From: Nibricoccus sp.
GTDB taxonomy: Bacteria > Verrucomicrobiota > Verrucomicrobiia > Opitutales > Opitutaceae
DNA length: 64,000 nucleotides
NCBI GenBank assembly: GCA_047602425.1
Contig: JASGHG010000001.1
Span: 3,680,001-3,744,000, forward strand
Direction: 5' to 3'
Shown here in pieces: positions 49,749-59,772 of the stretch. Under the pieces are notes generated by a model. The model ran no database searches, was not told the DNA's origin, and saw only the letters and a list, made by a program, of their open reading frames with translations. A program made the position numbers and the translations under genes. Each line of letters begins with the position of its first letter. Within the stretch, counting starts at the first letter, position 1.

Positions 49749-51485
49749 TTATTTCACACGGACAAAACTGACGGCGAATTCAGTCCAGTCGTCTTCGGAG
49801 TGCAAGAGTTTCAATTCCCCCTTGTGCAGGCGGGCGAGTTCGCGTGCGAGGTTCAACCCCAATCCGTGCCCGGGAATGTTTTCGCCGACGCTGCCGCGAT
49901 GAAAGCGCTCGAAAATGTGTTCGCGGGCTTCGGGTGCAATCGTCTGACCCGTATTGCCGATGATTAAATGGACCGTTGCATCGACCGTCTCCGCGCGGAC
50001 CTGAACGCGACCGTTCGGCCGGTTGTACTTGCAGGCATTTTCCAGCAGGTTTTGCAGAATCAAATTCACATAACGTTCTTCGCCGGAGATGTAGAGTCCT
50101 GGCGGAACGGTCGTAGAGACCCTGAGTTGCATGGAATCGGGCAGGGCGCCCAAGTCATCGATCCAGCGCGACAACAAAAGCGAAAGATCGACTGGCGAAA
50201 AATTAATCTGGAGCCGGCCCGCTTCCATCCGTGAGAGCAACAACAAGTCCTCGATGACGTTGGTGAGGCGGTAGGTTTGGTGAACGAGGGCATCGAGCTC
50301 GTTGCACTGATCTTGGGTAAGATGAGGTTTAGCCAGCAATTCCTCGAGGTCGGCTCTAAGGACTGCAACGGGGGTCTTCAGTTGATGCGAGGCATCGGCG
50401 GAAAAACGTACCGACCGCTGCAGTTCGCGGTTGGTGGCCTCCAAGGCCAATTCAGCCTGGAGACGTAGGGCGCGATTTTGCACGGAGTCCTGCACGATCG
50501 ATTCGACGGGCCTGGCCAGCCTCAAGGCGAAGAATCGGCTCAAAAAATATCCAACGGCTATCACCAATAATCCAGCCCCTATGATGCGCCAGCGCAGCAT
50601 GGTCAGTTGCTCGTGTAAACGGGTGAGCGGAAGAACGGAGATTTCCACGGCAACCGGGTAAAGCGAATGGGGATTTAGCGTCTGTCGAAAAAGAAGGCAG
50701 GGCTCGCCAAAAACATCGACTCGCAATCCCTCGTTTGAACCGTTTTCCCTTGCGAAGGCCGCTTTCACCGTCGCTTCAATCAAAGTCGTGTTCGCCACCG
50801 TTTGACCAAGCGGATAATAGCGGTCGAGTGTATAGACGCCGTTCTCGAATTTTTCGATTTTGGCGGGATCGACTGGATCGAAACCGAGAACGAGGGCGGC
50901 AATGGGCGTTCCCGTCTCCGTGGAGATCACAGGCATGGCCACAATTTCATACAACCGGTCCGCTCCGTTGCGTACGGATTGTGGGATATAACCGAGTTGA
51001 GATTGCGAGGGCAGTTCCGGCAGCGAAAGCCGGCTTTCCTCATCATCGGAGAGTGAACCAATCGCTCCGGCATCGGAGGGCGGGATCAGTTTACCATTGG
51101 TGCCGAGAAAGCGGTAAAACTTGGCTTTGAGTCCGGGTGTGGCGGCATTTTCCGGGGTTTCGATAATATCCCTCAATTCCTCGCGCGCACTCGGATAGAG
51201 AAGATCGAGCGCATTGTCTTCCAGCGCCGCGTGGATTCGCGCTTTCTTCACCAGCGTGCGGCAACGTTCCAAAATGGCCGCGCGGCGGATCTCCTGCGCG
51301 CGTCTCAACGAATCGATGCGTTCCTTGAACGCGACGTGAGTGGTTCGTTCGAAGTCGTCCGCCGCTCGCTTCTCGGCGAAATAGAGCACGCCCGCCGTGG
51401 CGCCGGTGACCGCCAGCATCAAGGCGAGAAGCACGCTGCGGCGAAAAAAATAGGCGCCCGGCTCCTTTGAGGGAATCGCTTTCAC
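49749..51485 (-). CDS. Membrane sensor histidine kinase
   Basis: Two TMs around a large periplasmic domain; FSADASHQLKTP, NLLENACKY, IFERF and GHGLGL. Confidence 0.92.
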   Translation of the reverse strand: MKAIPSKEPGAYFFRRSVLLALMLAVTGATAGVLYFAEKRAADDFERTTHVAFKERIDSLRRAQEIRRAAILERCRTLVKKARIHAALEDNALDLLYPSAREELRDIIETPENAATPGLKAKFYRFLGTNGKLIPPSDAGAIGSLSDDEESRLSLPELPSQSQLGYIPQSVRNGADRLYEIVAMPVISTETGTPIAALVLGFDPVDPAKIEKFENGVYTLDRYYPLGQTVANTTLIEATVKAAFARENGSNEGLRVDVFGEPCLLFRQTLNPHSLYPVAVEISVLPLTRLHEQLTMLRWRIIGAGLLVIAVGYFLSRFFALRLARPVESIVQDSVQNRALRLQAELALEATNRELQRSVRFSADASHQLKTPVAVLRADLEELLAKPHLTQDQCNELDALVHQTYRLTNVIEDLLLLSRMEAGRLQINFSPVDLSLLLSRWIDDLGALPDSMQLRVSTTVPPGLYISGEERYVNLILQNLLENACKYNRPNGRVQVRAETVDATVHLIIGNTGQTIAPEAREHIFERFHRGSVGENIPGHGLGLNLARELARLHKGELKLLHSEDDWTEFAVSFVRVK

Positions 51486-52141
51486 GGAAAGTCGCCGCGT
51501 ACCACCGAACCTGATGAAAGATCCACTTCCTTCTCAAGGGTGGTTTTGCTATTCAGCCAGGCCTTGAGCTTGTAGTGACCGGGCGGCAGCCCGGTCATCT
51601 TGAAAGTGCCGTCTGCGCCGGTCAGCACGAAGTGGGGCGTATCCAGCACGAGGATAATCGCCCGCATGTGCTCGTGAATTTCGCAGCGGAGCGTGACAAG
51701 GCCGGGTTTGTCGAAAATTTCAGAGGGAATCGGGCGTTCGTCAGGACGGTAACGCCCGAGATCGAACCGCTTGGCCGGAGAGTAGGAGAAGATATTGTGG
51801 AATGCCTTGTCTTCGTTGGGAAACTCGACGCGCGTGCCGACCTGAATCGGCAGAACGGCGGGAATGAAGGTATAATCTTTTTGAACAACCTGCGCTTTGG
51901 GAAGTTCGTTTGGTTTTGGAAAACTGCCTTCAAGATAGACCACGGCGGTAGGCGGATCGATGCTCACCACGCCGCTGTTTGTAATGACTTCGTAACGTTG
52001 CTGCATGACGGTCCGACGGGCGGCTTTTGGCAATTCGACGCGTCCTTCAATCGTGGCTGTGGACGGCTCTTCAGAACGGCCGAGGGAGGGCAGCGAAGAA
52101 AGAGCGAGAACGACGAGAATAGCTGGAGTTGGAATTTTCAT
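51482..52141 (-). CDS. Secreted cupredoxin-like protein with a C-terminal beta-sandwich
   Basis: FPNED..HNIFS and CEIHEHM (His...Cys-His-Met); GTGA overlap with the kinase start. Confidence 0.75.
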   Translation of the reverse strand: MKIPTPAILVVLALSSLPSLGRSEEPSTATIEGRVELPKAARRTVMQQRYEVITNSGVVSIDPPTAVVYLEGSFPKPNELPKAQVVQKDYTFIPAVLPIQVGTRVEFPNEDKAFHNIFSYSPAKRFDLGRYRPDERPIPSEIFDKPGLVTLRCEIHEHMRAIILVLDTPHFVLTGADGTFKMTGLPPGHYKLKAWLNSKTTLEKEVDLSSGSVVRGDFP

Positions 52142-52160
52142 CGAAAGGGACAGCGAAGCG

Positions 52161-52841
52161 TTAAGCGGGCGGAGGCCGGAGCGAATATCCCACGGAACGA
52201 ATGGTCGTGATCAGCGGCACCGAAAAGCCCTGGTCGATTTTTCGCCGCAGGCGGGCAATGAACATCTCGACGGTGCGTGTGTCGTATTCGTAGTCACGCT
52301 GCCAGACCCGCTCGCAAAGTTCGGTGCGGGAAAAAACGCGGCCGGGTTCTTGTATCAGCACTTGCAATACATCGAATTCCCGCGGCGAAAGCGTAATGGA
52401 CTGGCCCCCGCGGGAGACCTGCCGGTTGTGTACATCCATGACGAGATCCGCCACGCGATGAATGTCGCCGGTCGCGGGAGTCGTGCCGCGACGTCCGAGT
52501 GCCTCGATCCTGGCGCCCAATTCATCCATTGAAAATGGCTTTGAAAGATAATCGTCCGCGCCGGCCTTGAGGCCCTTCACGCGATGCTCGACCTCGGTGC
52601 GTGCGGTGAGGATGAGCACGCGGGCGGTGCGATTGGCTTCGCGCAACCGACCGAGAAGGGAAAGTCCATCCATGCCTGGCAGGTTCAAGTCGAGAACAAT
52701 GAGGTCGGGCGATTCGACAAGGGCTTTTTGCAACCCGGCGTTTCCGTCGTGCTGGGCGGTCACGAGATGTCCCTGGCGGCCCAGCGCTGACGCAATGTGC
52801 CGGGCGAGTTGGGGTTCGTCTTCGATCACGAGGATGCGCAT
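52161..52841 (-). CDS. OmpR-family response regulator
   Basis: ILVIEDE, LDLNLPGMDG, GADDYLSKPF and TIRSVGY. Confidence 0.92.
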   Translation of the reverse strand: MRILVIEDEPQLARHIASALGRQGHLVTAQHDGNAGLQKALVESPDLIVLDLNLPGMDGLSLLGRLREANRTARVLILTARTEVEHRVKGLKAGADDYLSKPFSMDELGARIEALGRRGTTPATGDIHRVADLVMDVHNRQVSRGGQSITLSPREFDVLQVLIQEPGRVFSRTELCERVWQRDYEYDTRTVEMFIARLRRKIDQGFSVPLITTIRSVGYSLRPPPA

Positions 52842-53049
52842 GACTTTGGGGATGCCGAATAGTTTGTGGGGCGCGGATACTGGAGGAGCAAAAAAGTTCA
52901 TGTTTGGTCAAAATGCAAACGTGAGCGCGTTCTTTGAGGCATCCCGCCGAAGGATGTCGACCGATAGAATGGTTCGGTAAAGCAGGTAACACGCCTGTTA
53001 CGATGTCGGGCTTTATACACGGCACACTCTGGACATCTTAGCATTGAAA

Positions 53050-53553
53050 ATGAATGCCGAGGTTTGCTTTCGTGTGCTCAAAAAGATCGCCGTAGGAATT
53101 ACGGTTGTCTTTGTGACGCTGCAATTTTTCCGGCCGGACCGCCCGCCGTTGCCGACTTCGTCGCAAGAGGACTTGATTACTGTCCATCCTCCACCGCCGG
53201 GAGTTCGGGAAACACTTGTGAGCGCCTGCTACGACTGCCATTCGAACCAGACGCGGTATCCATGGTATGCATCGATTCAGCCGGTTGCGTGGTTTTTGGA
53301 CCACCATGTGGAGGAGGGGCGAATGCACATCAATTTTTCGGAATTCGGGGGACTTCCACCGCGCCGGGCCTTGCAAGTATTGGAGGCTTGTGGTGACGAA
53401 GTCGCGGAGAAAGGCATGCCTTTGTGGAGTTACACGCTTGCCCATCCCGAGGCGCGGCTGACCGAGGCGCAGCGTGCGGACCTTGTAGCATGGGTGACGA
53501 AATTAGCGGACGAATCCCGGCAGAAACTCTCAAAACCCGAACCAATACCATGA
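53050..53553 (+). CDS. Heme-binding (Haem_bd-type) cytochrome c domain protein
   Basis: ACYDCHSNQTRYPWY, INFSE and MP..Y...HPEARL. Confidence 0.85.
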   Translation: MNAEVCFRVLKKIAVGITVVFVTLQFFRPDRPPLPTSSQEDLITVHPPPPGVRETLVSACYDCHSNQTRYPWYASIQPVAWFLDHHVEEGRMHINFSEFGGLPPRRALQVLEACGDEVAEKGMPLWSYTLAHPEARLTEAQRADLVAWVTKLADESRQKLSKPEPIP

Positions 53554-53716
53554 GGTATTGTCGAAAATTTTCAGCCGCACAAGCCCGGGTCCTGCCCGGC
53601 GCACCGAGACTACCTGCGCCGGACGCCAAGGAGGTCTTGAATCCTACGGCTGAAATAGAAAGGCGAGAGAGCGTGTGTGCTCTCTCGCCTGAGATTGAGA
53701 GGAAGAATTCCAGAGC

Positions 53717-54286
53717 TTAGCTCGCGGGGGCCGGGACCGGCGCAGGCTGGTTGTTGTCCATGTCGGCCTTATCTTTTTTCAGCTCTTTCACGTCTTGGTG
53801 ACGTTCGGCCTTGTCCTTCCTGAGTTCTTTGGCGTCCTGCTTGCGCTCTTTCTTTTCCTTGCGGAGCTCGCGCGCGTCCTTGTTGCGGTCGGCGCGGTCC
53901 TTGTGAAGGTCGGAGTGATCTTCTTTGAGATCCTTGCGATCCTCCTTCAGGTCGGCGCGATCTTCCTTGATGGCCTCCTTGTCGCCGGCTTTGAGGTCCT
54001 GTTTCAGGTCTTTCTTGTCCTGATGAATATCGACCCGATCGGATCGAACATCGGCGCGATCAGCACGGATTTCCTTTTGGTCGCCAACCAGTTCTTTTTT
54101 CTCGGCGTGAATTTCCTTCTGATCCTGGACCAATTCTTTTTTGTCCTGGTGGATTTCTTTTTGGTCTTTCGCGATCTCGTGTTTATCGCGGCGGATTTCT
54201 TTTTTCTCGCGACGCGTTTCGGCTTGGGCGGTGGCGAAGGCAACCGAACCGATTGTTAGGATGCAGAGCAGGGTTTTGATTTTCAT
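53717..54286 (-). CDS. Secreted, highly charged heptad-repeat protein
   Basis: Signal peptide followed by ~21 repeats approximating (D/E)-x-K-(E/D)-(I/L)-x-x. Confidence 0.8.
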   Translation of the reverse strand: MKIKTLLCILTIGSVAFATAQAETRREKKEIRRDKHEIAKDQKEIHQDKKELVQDQKEIHAEKKELVGDQKEIRADRADVRSDRVDIHQDKKDLKQDLKAGDKEAIKEDRADLKEDRKDLKEDHSDLHKDRADRNKDARELRKEKKERKQDAKELRKDKAERHQDVKELKKDKADMDNNQPAPVPAPAS

Positions 54287-54429
54287 GATTGGAATGTGTT
54301 AGGGACAACAGCTGACCGGCGTTTGGCGTTTAGGTTCAACGCCGGCGCGTTCTTTCTCCACATACGCGAACGCCGAACGAAATGTTACCGGCGAAATAAA
54401 AAACCCGGGCTACACGGGACAATATTCTA

Positions 54430-56463
54430 TCAGCGAAGCGCTTCCAGCACGGTGGATGGCGTCAGGAGCTCGGGCAGCGCGATGGGCTCGGCGACGCCGG
54501 GCTTGTAGATGAGATTGAACGGCACGGCGCTGCGGCCGTATTTTGCGAGTTCGGCGGTAATGGCTGGGTCCTGATTGGTCCAATCGCCTTTTAACATGAC
54601 GATGCCGCGTTCTTTGAATACCCGCTGCACTTCAGACGAACCGAAAACGACGCGTTTATTGGCCTGGCACGTGGCGCACCAGCGGGCGGTAAAGTCGACG
54701 TAGATCATTTTGCCCTGCGCCTGAGCCTCCGCTACGGCGGCTGGGCTCCATTTTTCCCACTTGAGGTCGGTTGGGGCGGCGGTGCGCGGCCAGCCGAACA
54801 AAGCGCCAGCAATAATAATCGCAGCACCTCCAATGAGACCGAAGCGGACGCGGCCGGGTTTTGCACCGGGTTGAGTGCAGCGTCCATACAGCCAAATCGC
54901 CAGCGCGATGAGGGTCAGGCCTAAGAGAGCGTTGAGGAGGGCGGTATCGGAGAGCTGTCCCGCAAGCACCCAGACTAGGTAGCCAACGGTTCCGTACAAA
55001 GGAAACGCCATGAATTGTTTGAAAGTCTCCATCCACGCACCGGGGCGGGGCAGGACTTTGATTGCGGCGGGAAAAATCGAGAGCAGCAGGTACGGAGTCG
55101 AGAGACCGATGGCGATTGCGGTGAAGATGGCGAAGGCCGCGGGGGTGGACATCGCGAGAGCTGCGCCGAGGGCGGGCGCAAGAAACGGGGCACTGCACGG
55201 TGTCGCGACCACCGTGGCGAGAATGCCGGTAAAAAAGGAGCCGGAATATCCCGACTTGGATTGAAGGTCGGAACCGACCGAGGTCGCGCGCAGGCCGAAT
55301 TCAAACACACCGCTCATGTTGAGGCCGAACACGAGCATGACGGCGGCAAGTGCGAAAACAAACGCGGGTGACTGGAGTTGAAAGCCCCAGCCTAACTGAC
55401 TGCCACCGGCACGAAGTATTGCGAGCAAGGTCGCGAGGGCCCAGAACGAGAGAAGTACGCCCGACGTAAAGATGAGGCCGTGGAGCGTGACCTTTTTGCG
55501 GTCGGAGCCGGCTTGGTTGACGAAGCCGAGAATCTTGATGCCGAGCACTGGAAAAACGCAGGGCATGAGGTTGAGGATCAATCCGCCGACGAACGCGAGC
55601 AGGAGCGTAGGCAAGAGACCTTTCGTAGAACCTTGTGTGGGAGCCGCGGCGGCGGAGAACGCCGTATCGATCGTAAGGCCGGAAGGGTGCGCCGGGTCGC
55701 CGTAGGCGAGCACGCCGAGGAGTTTCTCAGGTTTGCCATCGAACGACGGCGAAATGGGAAGTGTGAGGCGCAGTTGATTTCCGTTCTGCGCGACGGTTTG
55801 CGGGAGGTCATATTGAATCAGCGCGTCGGTGCTAAAGAAATGAGGATTGGGCAACGGCAATGAGCCACCGCTCAAGGCGAGCTCGACGGATTTGTCACGA
55901 CGGGTGGCGGTGACCGTCCAACCGGCCGGCTTCTGTGGGGCCGGGATTTTGGCCAATGCCTCCGATAGCGTTTTGTTGGTGGTGGGTTGTTCGCTTTTGA
56001 CTGGAAGGGAAAGGGAGACATCGGCTTCGCCGGGAATGCACGTTTCCTTGCACATCAGCCATTCGGCCTTGGCCTTGAGCTCAATTGTTTCCCCGATGGT
56101 CAGATTGGCGGGCGGCGTGAGCGTGAGGGGGAGAAGCAAGTCATCCTCATAACCGTTGCCGGTAACGGCGCCTGTGTGGTCTTTGAGCACCTTGGGCGTG
56201 GGCCATTGGATGTCGCTGGCGGCCCAGCCGGCGGGCAACTGCCACGTCAGCTTCGTTGGGTAGCCGGTTCCGGCATTGATCCAGTAGGTATGCCAATGCG
56301 GCTCGTGGATAAGGCGCAGTGCGACGGTGAATGGCCGCCCGGGTTGAATCGAAGTTTCTGAAGCGACGAGCGAGGCGGCAACTTGTGCGTGAAGGGCTGA
56401 GCCGAACAGGGGGAAACTGAGAAAGAAGGAGAGGGCGAGAAGGCGCAGCTTGGTAAGAGTCAT
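54430..56463 (-). CDS. dsbD: Thiol:disulfide interchange protein, DsbD family
   Basis: WHTYW and CKETC N-domain, NLMPCVFP and ATPCSAP TM cysteines, WCATC thioredoxin domain. Confidence 0.9.
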   Translation of the reverse strand: MTLTKLRLLALSFFLSFPLFGSALHAQVAASLVASETSIQPGRPFTVALRLIHEPHWHTYWINAGTGYPTKLTWQLPAGWAASDIQWPTPKVLKDHTGAVTGNGYEDDLLLPLTLTPPANLTIGETIELKAKAEWLMCKETCIPGEADVSLSLPVKSEQPTTNKTLSEALAKIPAPQKPAGWTVTATRRDKSVELALSGGSLPLPNPHFFSTDALIQYDLPQTVAQNGNQLRLTLPISPSFDGKPEKLLGVLAYGDPAHPSGLTIDTAFSAAAAPTQGSTKGLLPTLLLAFVGGLILNLMPCVFPVLGIKILGFVNQAGSDRKKVTLHGLIFTSGVLLSFWALATLLAILRAGGSQLGWGFQLQSPAFVFALAAVMLVFGLNMSGVFEFGLRATSVGSDLQSKSGYSGSFFTGILATVVATPCSAPFLAPALGAALAMSTPAAFAIFTAIAIGLSTPYLLLSIFPAAIKVLPRPGAWMETFKQFMAFPLYGTVGYLVWVLAGQLSDTALLNALLGLTLIALAIWLYGRCTQPGAKPGRVRFGLIGGAAIIIAGALFGWPRTAAPTDLKWEKWSPAAVAEAQAQGKMIYVDFTARWCATCQANKRVVFGSSEVQRVFKERGIVMLKGDWTNQDPAITAELAKYGRSAVPFNLIYKPGVAEPIALPELLTPSTVLEALR

Positions 56464-56824
56464 GATGGCGGGAGGATAAATTTCTACGCTACGATACCCT
56501 GATTTGCAAAATTTGTGCGGAAAAATATTTAGTAAAACCATTAGGTTTAAGGAGAGGTTCGTTTTATTGCTCACGCCGTTATTGAGAGTGCAAATCAATA
56601 ACGGACGCGGTTTCCAAGCGGGGTGGAGTGGTGATCGAGGCTTAGGTAGTTGAGACAGGGACTCAAGTGCGTTCAATACAGGCTCGGTGACCTCTTAAAA
56701 ATTAGCGATTAGATATTGTTAAGTTAAGAATAGGTCGGTCAATTGTTGGTAAAGATAATATTATATGGGGGAGTGAAATTGCTAATGGGAATAATTTGTC
56801 CCAATTGCGTTGTTTCACCCCACC

Positions 56825-58015
56825 ATGGATTTCGCGTCTTCACTCCATATGCCCCTGCGGGTTCGTGCTTCGGTTGTCGCATTGTGTTTGTTGTTCACGC
56901 ATCCGCGCGGAGCACGCGCCGAAGACAGCCTCAGCATCAAAGCGCAATCGTGGCAGGAGGATAAAGACCGCATTCGAGTCGATTCCCAATATGCCCAGAT
57001 CGAAAAAGACATTGGGACGGACACGCATCTGAAAGTGATGGGCCTGCTGGATTCGATCGCGGGGGCGACTCCGACGGGGGAGCGTCCGCCGGCAGGCAGC
57101 AAGATTGTGCCAAAGGCCGAAATGGAGGATCGTCGCAAGGCCTGGACGTCGGATCTTTCCCACCAGTTTTCCAGAATAAACCTATCGATTGGTTATGGCG
57201 TGAGCCGCGAGAGCGATTATGTATCCTACGGTTGGTCGGCCAACACGGTCACTGACTTTAACGATAAGAACACGACGGTAACACTCGGCTACGGAGGAAC
57301 GAAGGACACGATTTCCGAATGGAAACTGAACTGGACGAAGCAAAGGCATAAGGACGGGGCCGAATTTATCGCGGGCGTCACGCAACTGCTGAATCCCAAT
57401 ACGTCGGTGACGGCGAATGTTGTCTACGGAACATCCACGGGATTGATGAGCGATCCGTATAAAATCGTTTCGACGACGCGGCTCGATGTGGACCCGGGGT
57501 TTTATTACACACCGCCGGAAAATCGTCCGGAGGAGCGGCAGAAGATCAGCATTTTCCTCGGAATGAATCGTAACTTTGAACGGCTCAACGGCGCGGCCGA
57601 TATCTCATACCGGCATTATCACGACAGCTTCGGCATCACCAGCCATACCACGAGTTTGGTGTGGCTGCAGAAGTTCGGTGAACATCTGATCGTGCAGCCG
57701 TCCATTCGTTATTACCGGCAGTCGGCGGCGGATTTTTATTATTATAACCTGGATCGTTCGCGGATCACGACGTCCTACGAACCCCGGCTTGGGGAAACGG
57801 GTACGGGCAAGGCGCCGTTTTATTCTTCCGATTACCGGCTGTCGTATATGGAGACGATCGATCTGGGCATCAAAGTGGTGTGGAAAATCACCAGCTGGCT
57901 TTCGATCGATGCAAACTACGATCGCTACGTCATGAAGGGACTCGATGGGCTGACCCCAAAGGACGCCTATACCAACGCAAACATGTTCATGGGCGGGATA
58001 AAGCTGTCGCGCTAA
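56825..58015 (+). CDS. DUF3570-like outer-membrane beta-barrel
   Basis: DSIAGATP, SRESDY, DPYK, RYYRQSAADFY and SSDYRLS; upstream of apbE. Confidence 0.78.
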   Translation: MDFASSLHMPLRVRASVVALCLLFTHPRGARAEDSLSIKAQSWQEDKDRIRVDSQYAQIEKDIGTDTHLKVMGLLDSIAGATPTGERPPAGSKIVPKAEMEDRRKAWTSDLSHQFSRINLSIGYGVSRESDYVSYGWSANTVTDFNDKNTTVTLGYGGTKDTISEWKLNWTKQRHKDGAEFIAGVTQLLNPNTSVTANVVYGTSTGLMSDPYKIVSTTRLDVDPGFYYTPPENRPEERQKISIFLGMNRNFERLNGAADISYRHYHDSFGITSHTTSLVWLQKFGEHLIVQPSIRYYRQSAADFYYYNLDRSRITTSYEPRLGETGTGKAPFYSSDYRLSYMETIDLGIKVVWKITSWLSIDANYDRYVMKGLDGLTPKDAYTNANMFMGGIKLSR

Positions 58016-58029
58016 ACCGAACAACTAAA

Positions 58030-59025
58030 ATGGAGCTAACTGCACAAATCTCTGCCAACTCCCGGGCATCGGGGCGTACTTCGTCCGCGGTGAGTGAGGA
58101 GCTACGTGTGCTCGGGTGGAATGCGCTCGGTACGCGTTGCGAAGTGCAATATGTCTGTGGCGACGAACATGCGGCGCATATTTTTGAAAGCGAAGCGGTC
58201 AGTTGGGTGGCTGCGTTTGAGGCGAAATACTCGCGTTTTCGTTCGGATAGTCTGGTGAGCCGAATCAATGCGGCAGCGGGACTCGATTGGTTGCCGGTCG
58301 ATGCGGAGATGGAGATGTTTTTGGACCTAAGCGGCTCGTTGTATCAACTCACGCAAGGGGTCTTGGATGTGACGGCGCTTCCGCTGATGCGCCTGTGGGA
58401 TTATCGGGTAGCGATTCCGCGAATTCCCAGCGAGAACGAGATTTTAGCGGCGAAGCGATTGGTCGGCTTTCAGAAAATTCAACGCAGGCCCGGGCTCGTT
58501 CGTTTACCGGAGGTGGGCATGGCGCTCGACTTTGGCGGTTGGGGAAAAGAATACGCGGTCGACATTGTGGCGCAGATCGCACGCAAACATGGTATCGAAA
58601 GAGCGCTGATAGATTTCGGGCACGATATTTTTGCTTTGGGTGCCGTGCCGGGAAAACCGGCCTGGCATATTGGTCTGGAAGATCCGGCGCGTCCGGGTGC
58701 TGCCTGCTGGAGCAGTGTGGCGGCGCGTGACATAGGCGTGGCTTCTTCGGGCGACTATATCCGCGGATTTACGCTCAACGGAAAACGCTATGGTCACATC
58801 GTCGATCCGCGCACGGGCTGGCCGGTGGCAAATGGTTGTAGGCAGGTCAACGTGATCGCCAAGGCGTGCGTGCAGGCCGGCGCGCTATCGACGGCGGTTT
58901 TCATTCTCGGTCCGGAAGCGGGCCTTAAAATCGTGCAGGATCTCATGACCGCGGAAGCTTGCGTCGTGACCGATCAGGAGCGTTACCAAACCAGAGGATT
59001 TTATCGTTATGTCGTTACTAAATAA
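58030..59025 (+). CDS. apbE: FAD:protein FMN transferase
   Basis: SRFRSDS, LDFGGWGKEYAVD, ASSGDY and HIVDPRTG. Confidence 0.92.
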   Translation: MELTAQISANSRASGRTSSAVSEELRVLGWNALGTRCEVQYVCGDEHAAHIFESEAVSWVAAFEAKYSRFRSDSLVSRINAAAGLDWLPVDAEMEMFLDLSGSLYQLTQGVLDVTALPLMRLWDYRVAIPRIPSENEILAAKRLVGFQKIQRRPGLVRLPEVGMALDFGGWGKEYAVDIVAQIARKHGIERALIDFGHDIFALGAVPGKPAWHIGLEDPARPGAACWSSVAARDIGVASSGDYIRGFTLNGKRYGHIVDPRTGWPVANGCRQVNVIAKACVQAGALSTAVFILGPEAGLKIVQDLMTAEACVVTDQERYQTRGFYRYVVTK

Positions 59026-59512
59026 AAAAATCGCAGCCCTGTTTTTTTCACTGCTGGCGCTGGCTTCCACGGCCTTCGCTGACGTAAAAATCGGTACACC
59101 GTTTCCCGATCTGGGAACGTTTAATCTCGAAGGCACGTTGCCCGACACGGCCGGGCGCGTGGTGATGGTGGATTTTTGGGCGACGTGGTGTTCCCCGTGT
59201 AAAGCGTCTTTTCCTGCGTACTCGACCATGCAAAAAGACCTGGCCGATCGGGGCTTCACTCTGATCGCGGTGAGCGTCGACAAGAAACCTGAAGAGTACG
59301 CGGCCTTTCTAAAAAAATTCGCGCCCGGTTTTGTTACCGTGCGCGACGGCGCGCAGAAACTGGTTGCCACCGTCAAAGTGCCGGGCATGCCGACCTGTTA
59401 CCTGATCGATCGCAAAGGTGTGTTGCGTGAAATTCACACCGGGTATCACGGCGATGCCTCGGTGAAAGAACTGCGCGCAAAGATTCAAAAACTGTTGGAG
59501 GAACAGCCATGA
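59009..59512 (+). CDS. TlpA-family disulfide reductase
   Basis: Signal peptide, DFWATWCSPC, GMPT and LIDRKG. Confidence 0.9.
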   Translation: MSLLNKKIAALFFSLLALASTAFADVKIGTPFPDLGTFNLEGTLPDTAGRVVMVDFWATWCSPCKASFPAYSTMQKDLADRGFTLIAVSVDKKPEEYAAFLKKFAPGFVTVRDGAQKLVATVKVPGMPTCYLIDRKGVLREIHTGYHGDASVKELRAKIQKLLEEQP

Positions 59513-59736
59513 AACGAGCCGCCTTCCTCATCTTTTGTTTTTTCCTTGGCGGTGTAGGCTTGGTGTTGTCGGGTTGCACGACGGTGCAGCCTTGGGAGCG
59601 TGCGACGCTGGCCGACTACACCATGCGACCCGACCGCGACGGTCTCGCGACGGCCATGACGGAACATATTTATTTTTCGCGCGAAGCCTCCTCGGGAGGA
59701 CGCGGTGTCGGTGGCAGCGGTTGTGGCTGCAACTAA
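59509..59736 (+). CDS. DUF4266-like small lipoprotein
   Basis: Lipobox LSGC, VQPWER, SREA..GG and C-terminal GCGCN. Confidence 0.85.
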   Translation: MKRAAFLIFCFFLGGVGLVLSGCTTVQPWERATLADYTMRPDRDGLATAMTEHIYFSREASSGGRGVGGSGCGCN

Positions 59737-59772
59737 CTTTTAAGAAGAAACAAAAGAGGAGGCACATCTGTC

